From assembly GCF_000143415.4 (NCBI RefSeq), contig NW_003314301.1, positions 1,356,981 through 1,420,980 on the forward strand: a stretch of DNA of 64,000 bases. The letters are read 5' to 3'. Position 1 is the first letter of the stretch. The number at the start of each line of letters is the position of its first letter. This document shows positions 35,089-47,504 of this stretch, piece by piece. This stretch comes from Selaginella moellendorffii (taxonomy: Eukaryota; Plantae; Lycopodiophyta). The notes beneath the pieces were generated by a model. The model was given only the letters and a program-made list of their open reading frames with translations. It did not search any database and was not told the DNA's origin. Both the position numbers and the translations under genes were made by a program.

Positions 35089-36111
35089 ATGGCGCTTGTC
35101 TCGGCATCGCTCGTGCCCTCGTCGCGTGGAGCTCTCGTCTCCACATCGGCCACAGCTGTCTCTGGATCCAGGCCTCGCAAGGTTTGGCTCCCGCATTTCC
35201 CTCGAGCTGCCGCCTCGAATCCGGCGCTGGTAGCGTCGAAATCGAGCGTGTTTGGGAGGAGATTGGCCCTTGGCGCTGTTGGAGCTGGCGTTGCAGCTCA
35301 GATTGCTTGGGGCGCGGGGAAGGCGTTTGCTTCCACGGCGACCAAGGAGAAATCCATCCACGATTTCACCGTCAAGGTATGGATGGGTCGATTTGATGTT
35401 CGGGATTTTGATGATTTGGTAATACATTAGAATATCGATGGGAAAGACATTGATTTGAGCACGTACAAGGGGAAAGTTCTACTCGTTGTCAACATTGCTT
35501 CTCAATGGTGTGGGCTATAAACGTTTGAAAGCATCGGTTTGACAAGGTTTTCTTTCTTTTTCTTATGATGTTTCCAGTGGATTGACTTCCGGGAACTATA
35601 AAGAATTGGTAGAAGTTCACAAGAAATACAAAGACCAAGGTAAGCTGTAAGCTACAAAATAAAACACTGCTCTTTCTTGTCTCTTGTCTCAGGCTTTGAG
35701 GTTTTAGCATTTCCATGCAACCAGTTTGGTGGTCAGGAACCAGGATCTAATGAGGAAATCAAGCAGTTTGCGTGCACCAGATACAAGGCAGAGTTTCCAA
35801 TCTTCGACAAGGTAACTGCTTAAAGCGTTTTTTCCCTTCTCTAAGTCGTTTTTTTGCGATGAAGGTGGATGTGAATGGGCCATCGACAGCTCCAGTTTAT
35901 CAATTCCTCAAGAGCAGCAAAGGCGGATTGCTGGGCGATAGCATCAAATGGAATTTCGGTAAATTTCTAGTGAACAAAGATGGGCAAGTTGTGGAAAGAT
36001 ATGCTCCCACCACTTCTCCCTTCCAGATCGAGGTAAGAACTCTTCCTGATTTTTGGTCTTTTCTCTCTAAACTATTGTCCTCCACAGGGCGACATTAAGA
36101 AGCTGCTATAA
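35089..36111 (+). CDS. GPX: Phospholipid hydroperoxide glutathione peroxidase, organelle-targeted (6 exons)
   Basis: [38 protein letters not shown]; transit-peptide-like N-terminus (alternative ATG at 35068). Confidence 0.93.
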
Positions 36112-36377
36112 AATTCTAAACAGAGGTTTTGGTGTAAATCCGATTGTGAGCATAATTAAGGAGCATGCGACTCTACTCCTACATGCATGCAATTCAGTTC
36201 ATTCTAGAAGTACGGAAGAACTTACTTTTTGAGAAACCTTTAAACATGGAGTGTCCATAGACTGTTATTTTGGTGGCTCGCGGAGCGAGGAATTCGTTTT
36301 CCGGTCGGCTTAACATGCACCCAAGATTTTGTTACAATCAAATGGTTATCAACATATATATGATATCATGTATGGTA

Positions 36378-36977
36378 TCAAGCAACAGGAGCGGGAGCGG
36401 GAGCAAGCTCCACACGATTTCGCTCAAAGCAAGGTCCGCTCGACGCTACACTCGAACTAGACCACACAATCACATCCAACGAATTTCGAAGCGTAAGACC
36501 TGTACCATTAAAAATCGTCATGGAACTCGCGCCTTGTCCATCTGTGTCGCTCCTCCAGAAGAGCGAAGAAGGACGATTGCCCTGGCGCTCCACTTGCAGC
36601 TCGAGCTCCAAGCTCCCGTTGGTGGTGAAGCGAACTATGCAAGTAACTGGGCTCGCCGGGGGTGCAAACAAACAGGGCGACCCCCACACAAGGCTCCGCC
36701 GTAGTGGCGATGGAAGGATGGGAGCCTCTTGCTGGAGTTGGATCTGGCAGCTGCTGGAAGTGGTGTTGAAGAAGAGCACAGCCACAGTGGAGTTGTCTGG
36801 AGATCTCAGCCACTGTGGTCCTCCTGTTAACGAAGCTGTGCCATTTCCTTGAACAGTGATGGGTGTCGTGCTGAAGTTGCCATCGATCCGATCAGGCGTT
36901 AGTGATTCAACTTGAGCGCAGGTCATGGACGCAGACATCAGCAGTGCTGGAAGCAAGAGAAGGATTAGCTTCGTCAT
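36378..36977 (-). CDS. Secreted bulb-type (B-)lectin-like protein
   Basis: Signal peptide; LRSPD, LVW, FTTNGSLEL, FWRSDT.GQG and LTLRN...IVWSS repeats typical of B-lectin subdomains. Confidence 0.65.
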   Translation of the reverse strand: MTKLILLLLPALLMSASMTCAQVESLTPDRIDGNFSTTPITVQGNGTASLTGGPQWLRSPDNSTVAVLFFNTTSSSCQIQLQQEAPILPSPLRRSLVWGSPCLFAPPASPVTCIVRFTTNGSLELELQVERQGNRPSSLFWRSDTDGQGASSMTIFNGTGLTLRNSLDVIVWSSSSVASSGPCFERNRVELAPAPAPVA

Positions 36978-37070
36978 GGTGGTGGGATGGAATGGAATGA
37001 AGCTTGCATGTTTATATACTTGTAGTTTTTTGGTCAAGTAAAATAACGCGTTGAAAAGGTCGTAGACAAG

Positions 37071-37340
37071 TTACGTGTGTGGCTCTTCCAAAAAAGCTTC
37101 TTCGTTGGCGAGATCCCGCAAGAGTTTGGTCTCCACTCCGAGCTCGAGGAGTTCGACGCAGCAGCCATCTTGTGTTTCTGGATGAATTGTTCCACTCATG
37201 TTGTTGGCAGAGAGGTCTAGTCCTAGTAAATTCAGCAGGATCATCACGTCCTCCTGGACGTCATTGTTGGAGAGATCAAGCTCCGACAACCAACAAAGAT
37301 TTCCAAAGCCAGCGACAGGAGCTTGCCGGATTTGCCATCG
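37071..37340 (-). pseudogene. Extracellular LRR gene fragment
   Basis: ELDLSNN and LLGLDLSANNMSGTI match the plant eLRR consensus; no intact gene around them. Confidence 0.5.
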
Positions 37341-37635
37341 TATACACTATGGAGGAGATTAACACTCCAACTTGAGCCACCCAAGGAAGATCTGGAGAGG
37401 ATCTAGAGACGTGTGTTGGAATTGGTTGCAGCACTCTTTTCCATTTACTCTACTGCGATTTTGCACCAGAAGAGTGTCAGATGGAGCTGATTCCAAGAGT
37501 AGTGGCAAATGGAGTCTTCAAGAAACTTTTGCAACTTTTAAGAAGCAGATCTTTTTATTTAAGAATTTAGGTTAGCAATTGTACGACATACGAATGTGTT
37601 AAAGATAAAAAGGGGAAAAACATTAGAGCAACCGT

Positions 37636-38079
37636 TTAATTGTTCCTTGTCACTCGTGGAATAGGATGATAATGAACATTTGGAAATATATATCCCATAT
37701 CCCCTCTCCGTCGTATATGTCCTGGAAACCTTGGTAACTTGAGCTCGTCTGTGTCTTTCCTTACAAATGTCATGAAGACCCATTCATCTTCGTCTTCCAC
37801 CCAAACAATTTGATGCATCTCCCCATCACGTTTATTCTTGACAATTGCACAAAACATAAGCATCTTGCCATAATACACCATTTCAGGAAGAGAAGGGTAT
37901 ATTCGACCCTGGATAAGTTCATAGTTCATAAAATACACCTTGGCAGTGGCATAGGGTGGATCAAACTCAATAGAATGCATTGTCTGCCCAAAACTATCTT
38001 CTTCAAGAGTGCCCAAATGCATTCCCATGACTTCTCCAAACCCCATCTTGTTGGCAATTCTTGCTACCTTGCTCTCCAT
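37636..38079 (-). CDS. Unknown 147-aa intronless protein
   Basis: Clean ORF with TATAAAAG ~45 bp upstream (38122-38129, - strand), telobox-like sequence and a paralogous relic near 1.6 kb. Confidence 0.55.
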   Translation of the reverse strand: MESKVARIANKMGFGEVMGMHLGTLEEDSFGQTMHSIEFDPPYATAKVYFMNYELIQGRIYPSLPEMVYYGKMLMFCAIVKNKRDGEMHQIVWVEDEDEWVFMTFVRKDTDELKLPRFPGHIRRRGDMGYIFPNVHYHPIPRVTRNN

Positions 38080-38178
38080 CTGTCAAAACCCTATTCCCAA
38101 AAGACCTTCCCATAAAACCTACTTTTATAGATGGTTGAAAAGGGAGAAATATGTAATGTTATCTTTCTTGTTTTCTCC

Positions 38179-38830
38179 GGAGTTCCTGGGTAGGGCGAGC
38201 ACGTTCCCACCCAGAACGGGCAAGCCAAGTGTTAGGCGAGTGCATTCTAGAGGGAACAAGCGAGCCCGTGCCCGTTAACAGACATGTGGAAGAATATTAT
38301 TTGAGGATGAGAGGGTTCTCCAGAATTGGCAGCTGGTAACCTGGTTCTCCAGAACCTGGCAGCTGGCAGCTGGGTTCTGAAGAACCTAGCAATTGTCAGC
38401 CACATTCTCGCAAAGAACTTAACTCGATCTGACAGCTACCAATGGTTGGATTAAGTTAATGAGCGAGCCACAGCCCATTAAGAATTCTTCTTATGCTATC
38501 AAAGATCTCGATTGTGTTTGCCAGCATCAATTCCCTACCCTTAAAGGCTGTGGCTCACTTGTTAACTTGATCCAACTATTGGCAACCGTCGGATTGAGTC
38601 AGGTTCTTGCAGTGTGGCTGACAACTACCAGGTTCTTTAGAACCTAGCTGCCAATTGTGAGGTTCTTGAGAACCAGGCTACCAGCTATCAATTCTGAAGA
38701 ACCCTCTCATCCTCGAATAACATTCTTCAACATGTTTGTTAATGGTCTTGCCACACCCCGTTAAGGCCATTCCACAGGCACGGGCTTGCCCGTTCTGGGT
38801 GGGAACTTGCTTGCCCTACCCGGGAACTCC
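38179..38830. mobile_element. ~650-bp foldback/MITE-like element
   Basis: Arms ~38179-38482 and ~38540-38830 are reverse complements (GGAGTTCCTGGGTAGGGC...GCCCTACCCGGGAACTCC) with transition mismatches; no clean TSD. Confidence 0.75.
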
Positions 38831-39160
38831 TTCGTCCCTGCTAATTCTTCAAGAAGCTAAACAGCAATGGGCAGTATAGCAATAAATGGAATTTTGGGAC
38901 AGGCTTTGGGTGAATTAAAGCTTTGGTTTTCCTCAAAGGGTGTTCTAGCTCTAGAATAGAGATTTTGGTGTGGGATCACTTGAAGTAGATCGATGCTACT
39001 GAGAATGAAAAGCATCGAGCCAAGCATAGCAAATCCCCGCTCCATTTAGGTGATTCCGCAAAGCAAACCGCCCATATGCGCGGCGGCTGCTGTAAAGACC
39101 ACCACACATAAACCCTAAACCTTGCCCACAAATTAGGGTTCTTCGTTGGGAAGAGAGAGA

Positions 39161-40816
39161 ATGCAGGTCGGTTTCAGGGTTGGAGTGGAATGCTTGATAC
39201 GAAATCCGCAGCTAGGAGCTCAGATTTTTCCCCGGCAGGGCCTTAAGGTAGAGATTTTGATGGAATTTACGCGTGGATTTGGAAATTCTCATTCCTGTGA
39301 GGCAGGAACGAAGAACCAGAGTAATTTGCAGCGTTTCTTCTGGAACTGGAAGCGATTTTGCTGAATATAAGTCGAATGAGGTGTGATGGAGAGGATTTTT
39401 TTTGGATTTCTCCGTGCACTACTAGTTTACTTTCAGGAGGAAGAAGCGCCGGTGAGGCAGAGATTGGAGAATTTCCGAGACGCGTTTTGGAGGTTCTTGC
39501 GTCCTCACACTGTTCGTGGAACCATCATTGGAAGCACGTAAGCTTTATCTTCTCTAGTTTTTGCTCGTGACACTTAAAACTTTTTTAGATCTTTGGTAGC
39601 AAGAGCTCTTTTGGAGAACGCCGACTGCATCAATTGGTTCCTCGTTCCAAAGGCTCTCAGGGGTCTTCTAGCACTCATCTGTGGAAATGGCTACATTGTG
39701 GGAATCAACCAGATCTACGACGTTGGCATTGACAAGTAAGCTTTCTCCTCGACGATATGAACGAAAGGAAACTTACAGAATTCTCTGTTTCTTAGAGTGA
39801 ACAAGCCTTTCCTGCCTATAGCAGCGGGAGATCTCTCCGTGTCCACTGCGTGGGCTCTGGTACTGTCTCTCGCTGTGCTCGGCACTGGAATAGTTGCTAC
39901 AAACTTTGGCCGGCTCATCACGTCGCTCTACGTCCTTGGCTTGGTTCTGGGAGCCATGTACTCGGTGCCTCCATTGAGGCTCAAGAGATTTGCCGTTCCA
40001 GCCTTTCTGATAATTGCTACGGTAAGAACTTATTTGTTTTACACACCAGAGTTTCTAAGTTCCTCGTCCCAGGTTCGTGGATTTCTCTTGAATTTTGGTG
40101 TATACTATGCAACGAGAGCTTCTCTCGGCCTTCCTTTTGTTTGGAGGTATACAGCTTTGCATCTGGTTTTAACATAATTCGTGTTCCTTGTGGTACAGTC
40201 CCCATGTCATCTTTATCACGGCCTTTGTGACTTTGTTCGCGACTGTGATAGCAATCACCAAGGATCTTCCTGACGTTGAGGGTGATCTGAAGTAAGCTCC
40301 TAACACTCAGCCCCAGATAAGTGTTCATTTTACTCTAGTTTCTTATTGGATTCTTCGTTTGTACAGATTCAAGATCTCTACCTTTGCAACAAAGCTCGGC
40401 GTACGCAATATATCCTTGCTGGGAGCAGGACTTCTGCTAACAAATTACATTGGTGCAATTGTTGCTGCTTTTCGTTTTCCACAGGTAGTGCTGAAGAAAC
40501 TTTCCAAGGTTTCCTGATTCTTTATCGCAGGTTTTTAATACGGGTCCTATGGCTATCACTCACGGGATACTGGGGGTTTGTTTGCTCTACCAGGTTCGAA
40601 CTTTTCTTTGTAAAACTTCACAAACAAACTAAAATGTTCCTCTTCTCGCAGCTATGGCTGCTGGAGTCTGCCAAGTACTCGAAGGTAAGTCAGTTACTTC
40701 CAGACAAAACTTTCACTGGCTTTTTAAACCTTTGATCGCAGGAAGCCATCTCTACATTCTATAGATTCATCTGGAATCTATTCTACGCAGAGTATTTAGT
40801 CTTCCCAGCCATCTAG
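39161..40816 (+). CDS. HST: Homogentisate solanesyltransferase (UbiA family), multi-exon
   Basis: [79 protein letters not shown]. Confidence 0.92.
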
Positions 40817-40819
40817 AGC

Positions 40820-43800
40820 TTACTCTTCATACCACCTGCTGAGATTTTTAGCGCCTTCACCTGTGCCGACATTGCTAAAGTATTTTTTCCGATACTCACT
40901 CACCAGCCTGTCGAGTTTGTCTTCCTCTTCATTCCCTTCGTTTTTTCCCCTTCGTCTCTTCTTCTCATCCGGTGCAGCCAGATTCTCCCTTTGCGCTCCT
41001 TCACCTTGTTTAAATCCCTTCTTGCCATGTGGTTTCGCTGGAGTTTGAGCTTTGTCCATCTTCCTCTTTTTGCCCTGCGCTTTTCCTTGCTTGTCCGCCC
41101 CTCCCTGTGGCTTCTCTTGTTCGCCTCCCCCATTTTGAGCCTTGTCCCTCTTTTTTCCCAGTGGTTTTTCTTGGTTGCCTTGTCCTTGATTACTCTCACC
41201 ATTTTGAGCTTTATCGTTCTTCCCCTTTCTCTTCTTTCTTTTCGACTTCCGTCCATCAGCTTCCACTCCATCATCGTTCGGTTGCCTTTTACGTTTTCCT
41301 CCGGGGCTTCCATTACCAGTATCGTCGACTCTTTTGCTTGTTGGTCCCTTTGAGTTTGGTCGTAACTTCTGTGCAGCTAGCCGACTCTCCCTTTTCTTCA
41401 TCCTCGCTACATTCTCAATCGCAAACTCTACGATTGGTCGTTTCTCCGAACCGAAAGTTTCTGCGTATCCACAAACGGCCGAGAAGAACTTGAACCAGAT
41501 AGATAAAAAAAAAAAAGAGTACCTGGATTGTTATTCAAAACTCGCAACGCGACGATCGCGTGTTGGTGCTCAGCAAACTCTACAAAGCCTGTTCCTCGGG
41601 AGTTTTCCTTATCGTCAGTTAAAAGTTTCACCTGCCAAGAGACTCGTCGACGTTAGAAAGGAAAGTTTTTGAGAAGAAGAAACTGCACACCTGTTTGATC
41701 ACGGGACGCTGCTTTCTCGCCCGCGAAACAACTGCATTTGTAAACAGCTGCTTCACGTCCTTCTCGCTCAAAGTTCTTGGAAAGTTATGTATCGCGAGCC
41801 TGGTTTTCGAGACATGAAAATTCGGACTCCTCAGTTTTGTTGCCTTCTCTGTTTGAAGCCTGTCCAAGGATCGATCAACCAACAAAAGAAAATAAGAAAA
41901 TAAAGAGAGAACGAAAGAAAGAACATACGCTGAACGCTTGAGTAAGTCGGATTTTGAAACACCATGCGCGGCTTCTGTTCCTGGTTGTATATATCCTTCC
42001 TGGAAGTTTAATAAAGTTAATCGTGGACAACGCTACGATCATCACGTACCTTGAGCAAGTGGAGGTTTCGTTTATCATGATCTCTTTCCTCGATGGATTT
42101 CTTCGTGGAGATTTCCCGGGCAGCGTCCCGATCGACAGCAAAATGAGCGATAGGATACTTTCCAGCAATCGAGAAACTAGAGTTCCCTTCTTCGGCGTTC
42201 TTGGTGGCTCTGGCTAGCGCTTCGGCGGCTTCTCGAGTAGCAAACTCTACAAATGCTGTTCCTTTTGGTTTTCTGGAATGGCAACCATTGAGAAAACAAC
42301 GGGTAAAATAGAGTAAAAGGAAGAGAAAACACTTACTTTGTTGCGGGATGAAGCACGAGACGTAACGAGGTCACGTCTCCAAATTCCGAAAACTTCTTCT
42401 TCAAGTCGTGTACTTTCGCATCCGGTGGAAGGTTGCGAACGAAGAGTGTTCTCTCCATGGAGTTTTCTTCCGGTGGTTTCGCAGCTAGAGGCTTTTTCAC
42501 CTCTCGGGAGGCCGCCATGGGACTCTTTCGGTCCTCGTCACCGTCCTTTGCTTTGCCTGGCTCTGTCACAACTTTGCTTAACACTTTACTCACCAAGTTC
42601 TTCTCGTCTAAAGGTTTCTCCTCCTCTTCGTCATCTTCCTCGTCGTCTTCTTCATCCTCCTCGTCTTCTTCTTCGTCACTCACAATTCCATCCGATTCAC
42701 TCGCTGTTTCATTATCAAGGTCGCTGTTCTCGGCTTTCTCTTCTTCTGCGAGCAGCCAAAAAGGAGATCAGCGTTTGGACTTGCTGGGAAAGTGAAAGAG
42801 TAAATATTCACCTGACTTGTGGACAATGTTCTCATAAGTCATTTTCGCCACAGCCCAGTCAACAGCGATAGTTCTGTTTGCAATCTTCGTGCCGTTCAAA
42901 GCCTTGATGGCCTGAAAAATATGGTGAGCTAAAACTAAATATCGATTTGCTGGCGAGAACGAACCTTTTCGGCGTCATTTTTGCAAGTGTAGCCTATGAA
43001 CGCAAAGCCTTTCGATCTAAAACACTGAACACAATTACTACTTGCAAAAGGGAGGATTTTTCGTTTACTCACCGACCATCCGGATTACGGGGTACTGTGG
43101 TCTCCCAGACAAAGCCAGCAGCTGAAAATTTTTCTTTCAGCATTGCATCCGTCACCTGGTTAGAAAACTCGACGATAAGAAAATGCCGCTAAAAAACTAA
43201 CGTTCTACCTTGAAAGGCAAGTTGCGAACAATGAGCCTCCACTTTTTGAGTTTTGAGCCCTGCGCAAATGCAAAACATCGCAAGCTTACGAAAAGTTGTT
43301 TAAGACAATTGTCTACCTCTCCTCCCAATTGCCTGGCCCAAAACACTTCATTGCCGAGTTTTTGGAGATGGTAAGTTGCAACGGCCTGCCGAGCCGCCGT
43401 CACTGATGTAAAAACTATAGCTGCAGCAGGAAGCTTGCAGCCATCCCGTGAAAGTCCTGATATAAAAGAAGTTGAAACTTTGGAAGACACGAAAAGATGA
43501 TGACAGTAAAATTACCATGCTGGTTGATATACGCTTCCGAGAGACTTTTCTCGACACTTTCGACAGTTCCCAGCTTCTTGGCAAGAGTTAAAACTGCTTC
43601 CGCTGTTTCCGAGTCTCCCAAGTTACCGATCACTACTGTCCTTGCAGGTCTGCAAAGACAACAAAAGCCTCATAGAATGTTAGAACTTTTAAAGGAAGAA
43701 GGAAAACGAGAACCTTTGCTTTTCGGAGGCTGCATTCTGAGAAGAGTCAGTAGTCTCTTGGACTTGAGAAGTCCTTTTGCATTTGGCTTTCGCATGACTT

Positions 43801-44458
43801 TTTGCGGTGCCCTGCTTTGGCTTTTCTTCTTCGTTGATGACAGCAGGAGTTTCGGGTTCTTTCTCACCACCATTTTGCACTGTGTTATTTGCAGCCTCGG
43901 CCGCGTTTTCCTGGCCAGCCGCTTCCGTGGTTCCACCCTGCCTTTTCTTCCTGCGCTCGTTAAGCGATGGACGCTTCCTTGCAACCTCGACTTTGATTCT
44001 ACGACCCTCCATGGAACTATCATTCTTCGAAGCCACAGCACGCTGGGCATCCTCAGCAATCGCACTACATTTTTGCGAAACAGTCAAGGAAATCGAAGCG
44101 AAAACATAGCACTTACAATTGCACGAATCCAAATCCCCGGTGCTTGTTCGTTGCTTCATCCAGAAAACAAGAAAATCAAACAAGTCAGCAATGCGGGAGG
44201 ACGAGAGCGAGCGAGCGAGCAGCACGAAAAGAAGAAGACAAAAAAATACATACCTTTATCTTTCACTGTGAAAGCGCGACGAACGGGACCGATATCACTG
44301 AATGCCTCTTCCAGCTGCCAAAAGAGAGAATGAGACGATCATACAAAGACGAGGCGCCGAAATACCTGCGCATCGGAGAGCGTGAGCGGCAATCCTCTGA
44401 CAAACACTGTTCGCGCATCGATCTCGTTTTCTCGCTTCGCCTCTTTCTCATCTCCCAT
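40820..44458 (-). CDS. RBM28/NOP4-like nucleolar 4-RRM protein, multi-exon
   Basis: RTVFVRGLP, HRGFGFVQF, WRLIVRNLPF, acidic tract, RTLFVRNLP, KLRSPNFHVSKTRLAIHNFP, GFVEFAEHQHAIVALRVLNNNP, C-terminal LSRWYEE. Confidence 0.9.
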
Positions 44459-44523
44459 TGAGGCTCGCGAAATTAGGGTTCTTCGAAGAGGGTTTTAGCA
44501 TTTAGGGTTCTTGGCTCTAGATC
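44459..44523. promoter_or_regulatory. 65-bp divergent intergenic region with telobox-like motifs
   Basis: ttagggttc twice and agggtttt between the RBM28 and UreD start codons. Confidence 0.6.
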
Positions 44524-45832
44524 ATGGAAATGCGAGAGAAATGGACTGGAGAGCTCACTGTGGAGCAATGCTGTAACCGCGCTGCTGCTACACGCGCCTA
44601 TGCCCGCTATCCGCTCAAGCTCGTGCTTCCATCCAAGGTAAGCTGGATCCAAAATTTTGCGAATTTGCGGTAAGAGTGGAAATTTTCCACTTCCAGGTTG
44701 CTTGCTCGGGGATCGATGCTGTCTGGGTGTATTTAGTGACTTATGGCGGTGGAATCGTGTCCGTGAGTGTTGATTCTCGTCCTTTTTTCCTTCTTGATTC
44801 TTTTTTTCTCACAGGGAGACTCGATCAGCTGTAAAGTTTCTGTGGGAGATCATTGTACTCTTGTTCTTACGACTCAATCTTCGACCAAGGTACCTACATT
44901 TCTGTGCTACGAATTTTTCTTCCTTGTTGAAAGCTTTCTTTTTCTTTTCCTCTTCGCTGTGTATGTTTTTTGGTGAAGATTTACAAGGCAGTCCAAGGCA
45001 AGTTCTCCGAGCAAGTTTTCAAGGTACCAGTGTCATTTTCTTCTTCTTCCACACTTCTAGCTAAGATCTTTTTCTTCTTGGTTTTGTCAAGGCTCTCGTA
45101 GCGAAGGATGCTCTTCTCGTGATGATGCCGGATCCCGTCACATGTTTTGCAGCCGCGAAGTACAAACAGGTCCAGCACTTCTTTTTATCGCTCGATGCCA
45201 ACCTCGTTCTTGTGGACTGGTTTACAAGCGGGCGAAGAGAACGCGGTGAGGTTTGGGCGTTTGAGTCCTTCAGAAGCACCAACAATGTTTACCTGGATGG
45301 CAATCCCGTCTTCCTGGACACCGTAAGCTTTCCTCCTTGTTTCATTCTTGCCTAAGTTTCTCGTTTTCTGTTGCAGATGAACTTAGAGCAGGACGTAAGT
45401 TTGCCAATATCGTCGAGGCTGCAAGACTTTCACTCGGTTGCGATGCTCGTAATTTACGGGTGAGTTTCTTTTGTTACTTCCGTTTCTCTATATTTTCCTC
45501 ACACTCTTGGCCTAACAGTCCTCGCTTATCTTCGATCCGGAAGCGCATTGAAGAGAGAGTAGGAAGTCAATGTGAGGAGGCTGTAAGAAAGAAGAAGCAC
45601 AGATCGTCAACGCATGGAAGATTGTTGTGTTCGTTCAGCTCGTTTGGACCATCCGTAAGTAAATATCTGTTTCAGCTTGCGGGAGGAAAAATAATTGTGA
45701 CATTGTTTGCAGGACGCTGGCCTCGTAGTTCGTGTTGCAGCAGTCGAAACAGAACTGATATACGACTTTCTCAAGCAGGAACTGGCCGAGCTGTCGGACT
45801 TAATAGGTGCTCCTCCATACTATGGCAAATAG
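44524..45832 (+). CDS. URED: Urease accessory protein D, multi-exon
   Basis: YPLKL, TYGGGIVSGD, LTTQSSTKIYK, PDPVTCF..AKY.Q.Q.F, VDWFTSGR..RGE.W.F, LIGAPPY. Confidence 0.92.
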
Positions 45833-45948
45833 TCCACACAAACGCACGTTACGAAGCAGGAGAGAGCATCGCAGCCGTTAGACAGCTGCATCCTACGGTA
45901 GTCCTTTGCAGCCGTTAGAGTCATTGCTTGGGATCTCTTCTTCTCTTT

Positions 45949-46510
45949 ATGGCCAAGAAGAAATGGGAAGACGACGACTTTGATCCACATTGTCCAACAC
46001 TTCTCCAACAGGTGCGTTTTTAATCCTCGCGCGTCTTCATCTTTTTCCTCCTCTTTTGTTTTGCAGGTCCTCACGTACAAGTCAAAAACACGTCGCCTCT
46101 TTTCTCCGTGGACGACTTCGTCGGACTCCTCGGCTTCGATCGAGAGCTACGGCTCCACCGAATCGCGGGGCTCGTCCGACAGCCGCGGCTCGTGGGATCT
46201 AGACGATCTCATCAAGGCTGCCAATATCTCCTCGTCATCCTCTTCCGAAGTCTCGGCCATTCTAAAGTCACTCGCAAACTCCGACGACGAAGAAGACCTA
46301 TCCATTATTAAAGCACCACCAAAAGCACTCACGCTGACGAGATTGGCCTCTTCAAGTCCAGACGTACGTATGCACCGATGCTTCTCATTATTTTTTCTAA
46401 ACTCCACCTCTTTTTCTTCCTTTCTTGCCTCACAGAAAGAAAAGGTGGAAGACAACAAAGCACAAATCATATCCACGACTCCTCCTGTTGGTAGTCAGTC
46501 ACCGTTGTAA
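45949..46510 (+). CDS. Small Ser-rich unknown protein (3 exons)
   Basis: MAKKKWEDDDFDPHCPTLLQQ|VLTYKSK... joined by clear GT-AG introns (~46012-46066, ~46364-46435). Confidence 0.5.
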
Positions 46511-46575
46511 AGGGACCCCACTCTACATAGTAAGCCTTGGACTGCATAACTCGAGCACAGCTCCTCCACTCCAGA

Positions 46576-47208
46576 ATGGCCTCGTCTTTCCAGGTTCTTC
46601 TCATGTTCTTTGCTCTTACAGTCATTCTCTCCAATTCAGCTGATCCAGATCCACTCCAAGACTACTGCCTTCCTACTCAAGCGCAGCAGCACCAGTGCAA
46701 GAGCTCGCCTTCACCCAGTGACTTCGTCTCCAGAGTCCTGGGAAACGCCCCCAATTTCCAGCCACCGCAGACCTGGAACGCCTCTCTACTGTCCTCGGCA
46801 AACTTCCCAGCTCTCAACACCATGGGCCTCTCCATCGCCAGAGCTCACCTGGGAGTCGGAGGCACGGTCCCGCTGCACTACCACCCCCGAGCATCCGAGC
46901 TCATCTACATCGCGGAAGGAGAGGTGGAGGCTGGGTTTGTCGACTCGAACAACGTCCTGTTCGCGCAGACCCTCCAGCCGGGAGACGTGATGATCCTTCC
47001 CAAAGGCATGCTCCACTACCAATACAATCCTGGCAGCAGCAGAGCCACGGTGCTGGCCTCGTTCGATAGCCAGAGCCCCGGAATCGTCCTCCCTGGCCCC
47101 GGTGTGTTTGGCTCTGGGATTCGAGACGAAGTTATCGCGTCGTCCCTCGGGGGACTCGACCACGCCACGCTTGAAGCAGTGAAAGCTAAGTTCAAGCCTC
47201 GGTCGTGA
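46576..47208 (+). CDS. Germin-like protein (cupin), intronless
   Basis: Signal peptide, DPDPLQDYC, FPALNTMG, PLHYHPRASE, PKGMLHYQYN. Confidence 0.95.
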   Translation: MASSFQVLLMFFALTVILSNSADPDPLQDYCLPTQAQQHQCKSSPSPSDFVSRVLGNAPNFQPPQTWNASLLSSANFPALNTMGLSIARAHLGVGGTVPLHYHPRASELIYIAEGEVEAGFVDSNNVLFAQTLQPGDVMILPKGMLHYQYNPGSSRATVLASFDSQSPGIVLPGPGVFGSGIRDEVIASSLGGLDHATLEAVKAKFKPRS

Positions 47209-47504
47209 TACAGTCTGTTTGTGATTGATTCGAATAAGCAATCAGAATTGACTATAAAATTGTCGTTTTTCATATACTATGCATTTTCATTAGAACCCTA
47301 AATCACAATTTTATCTCTTACTCACTAATCATAATTTAAGCACATTTCTTTTCTGCATTCTTGGATCAAACATTCTCGGATTCCGCATGCTGCAATGTGG
47401 AACCAGCAATCCCGAGAATAATCTCGCCGCGTTCTCAAAAATGGGGACACTCAAGCTCGTAAGCTCGTCGGAACGAATATAGCGGTGGAATCCCGTGATC
47501 ATAC

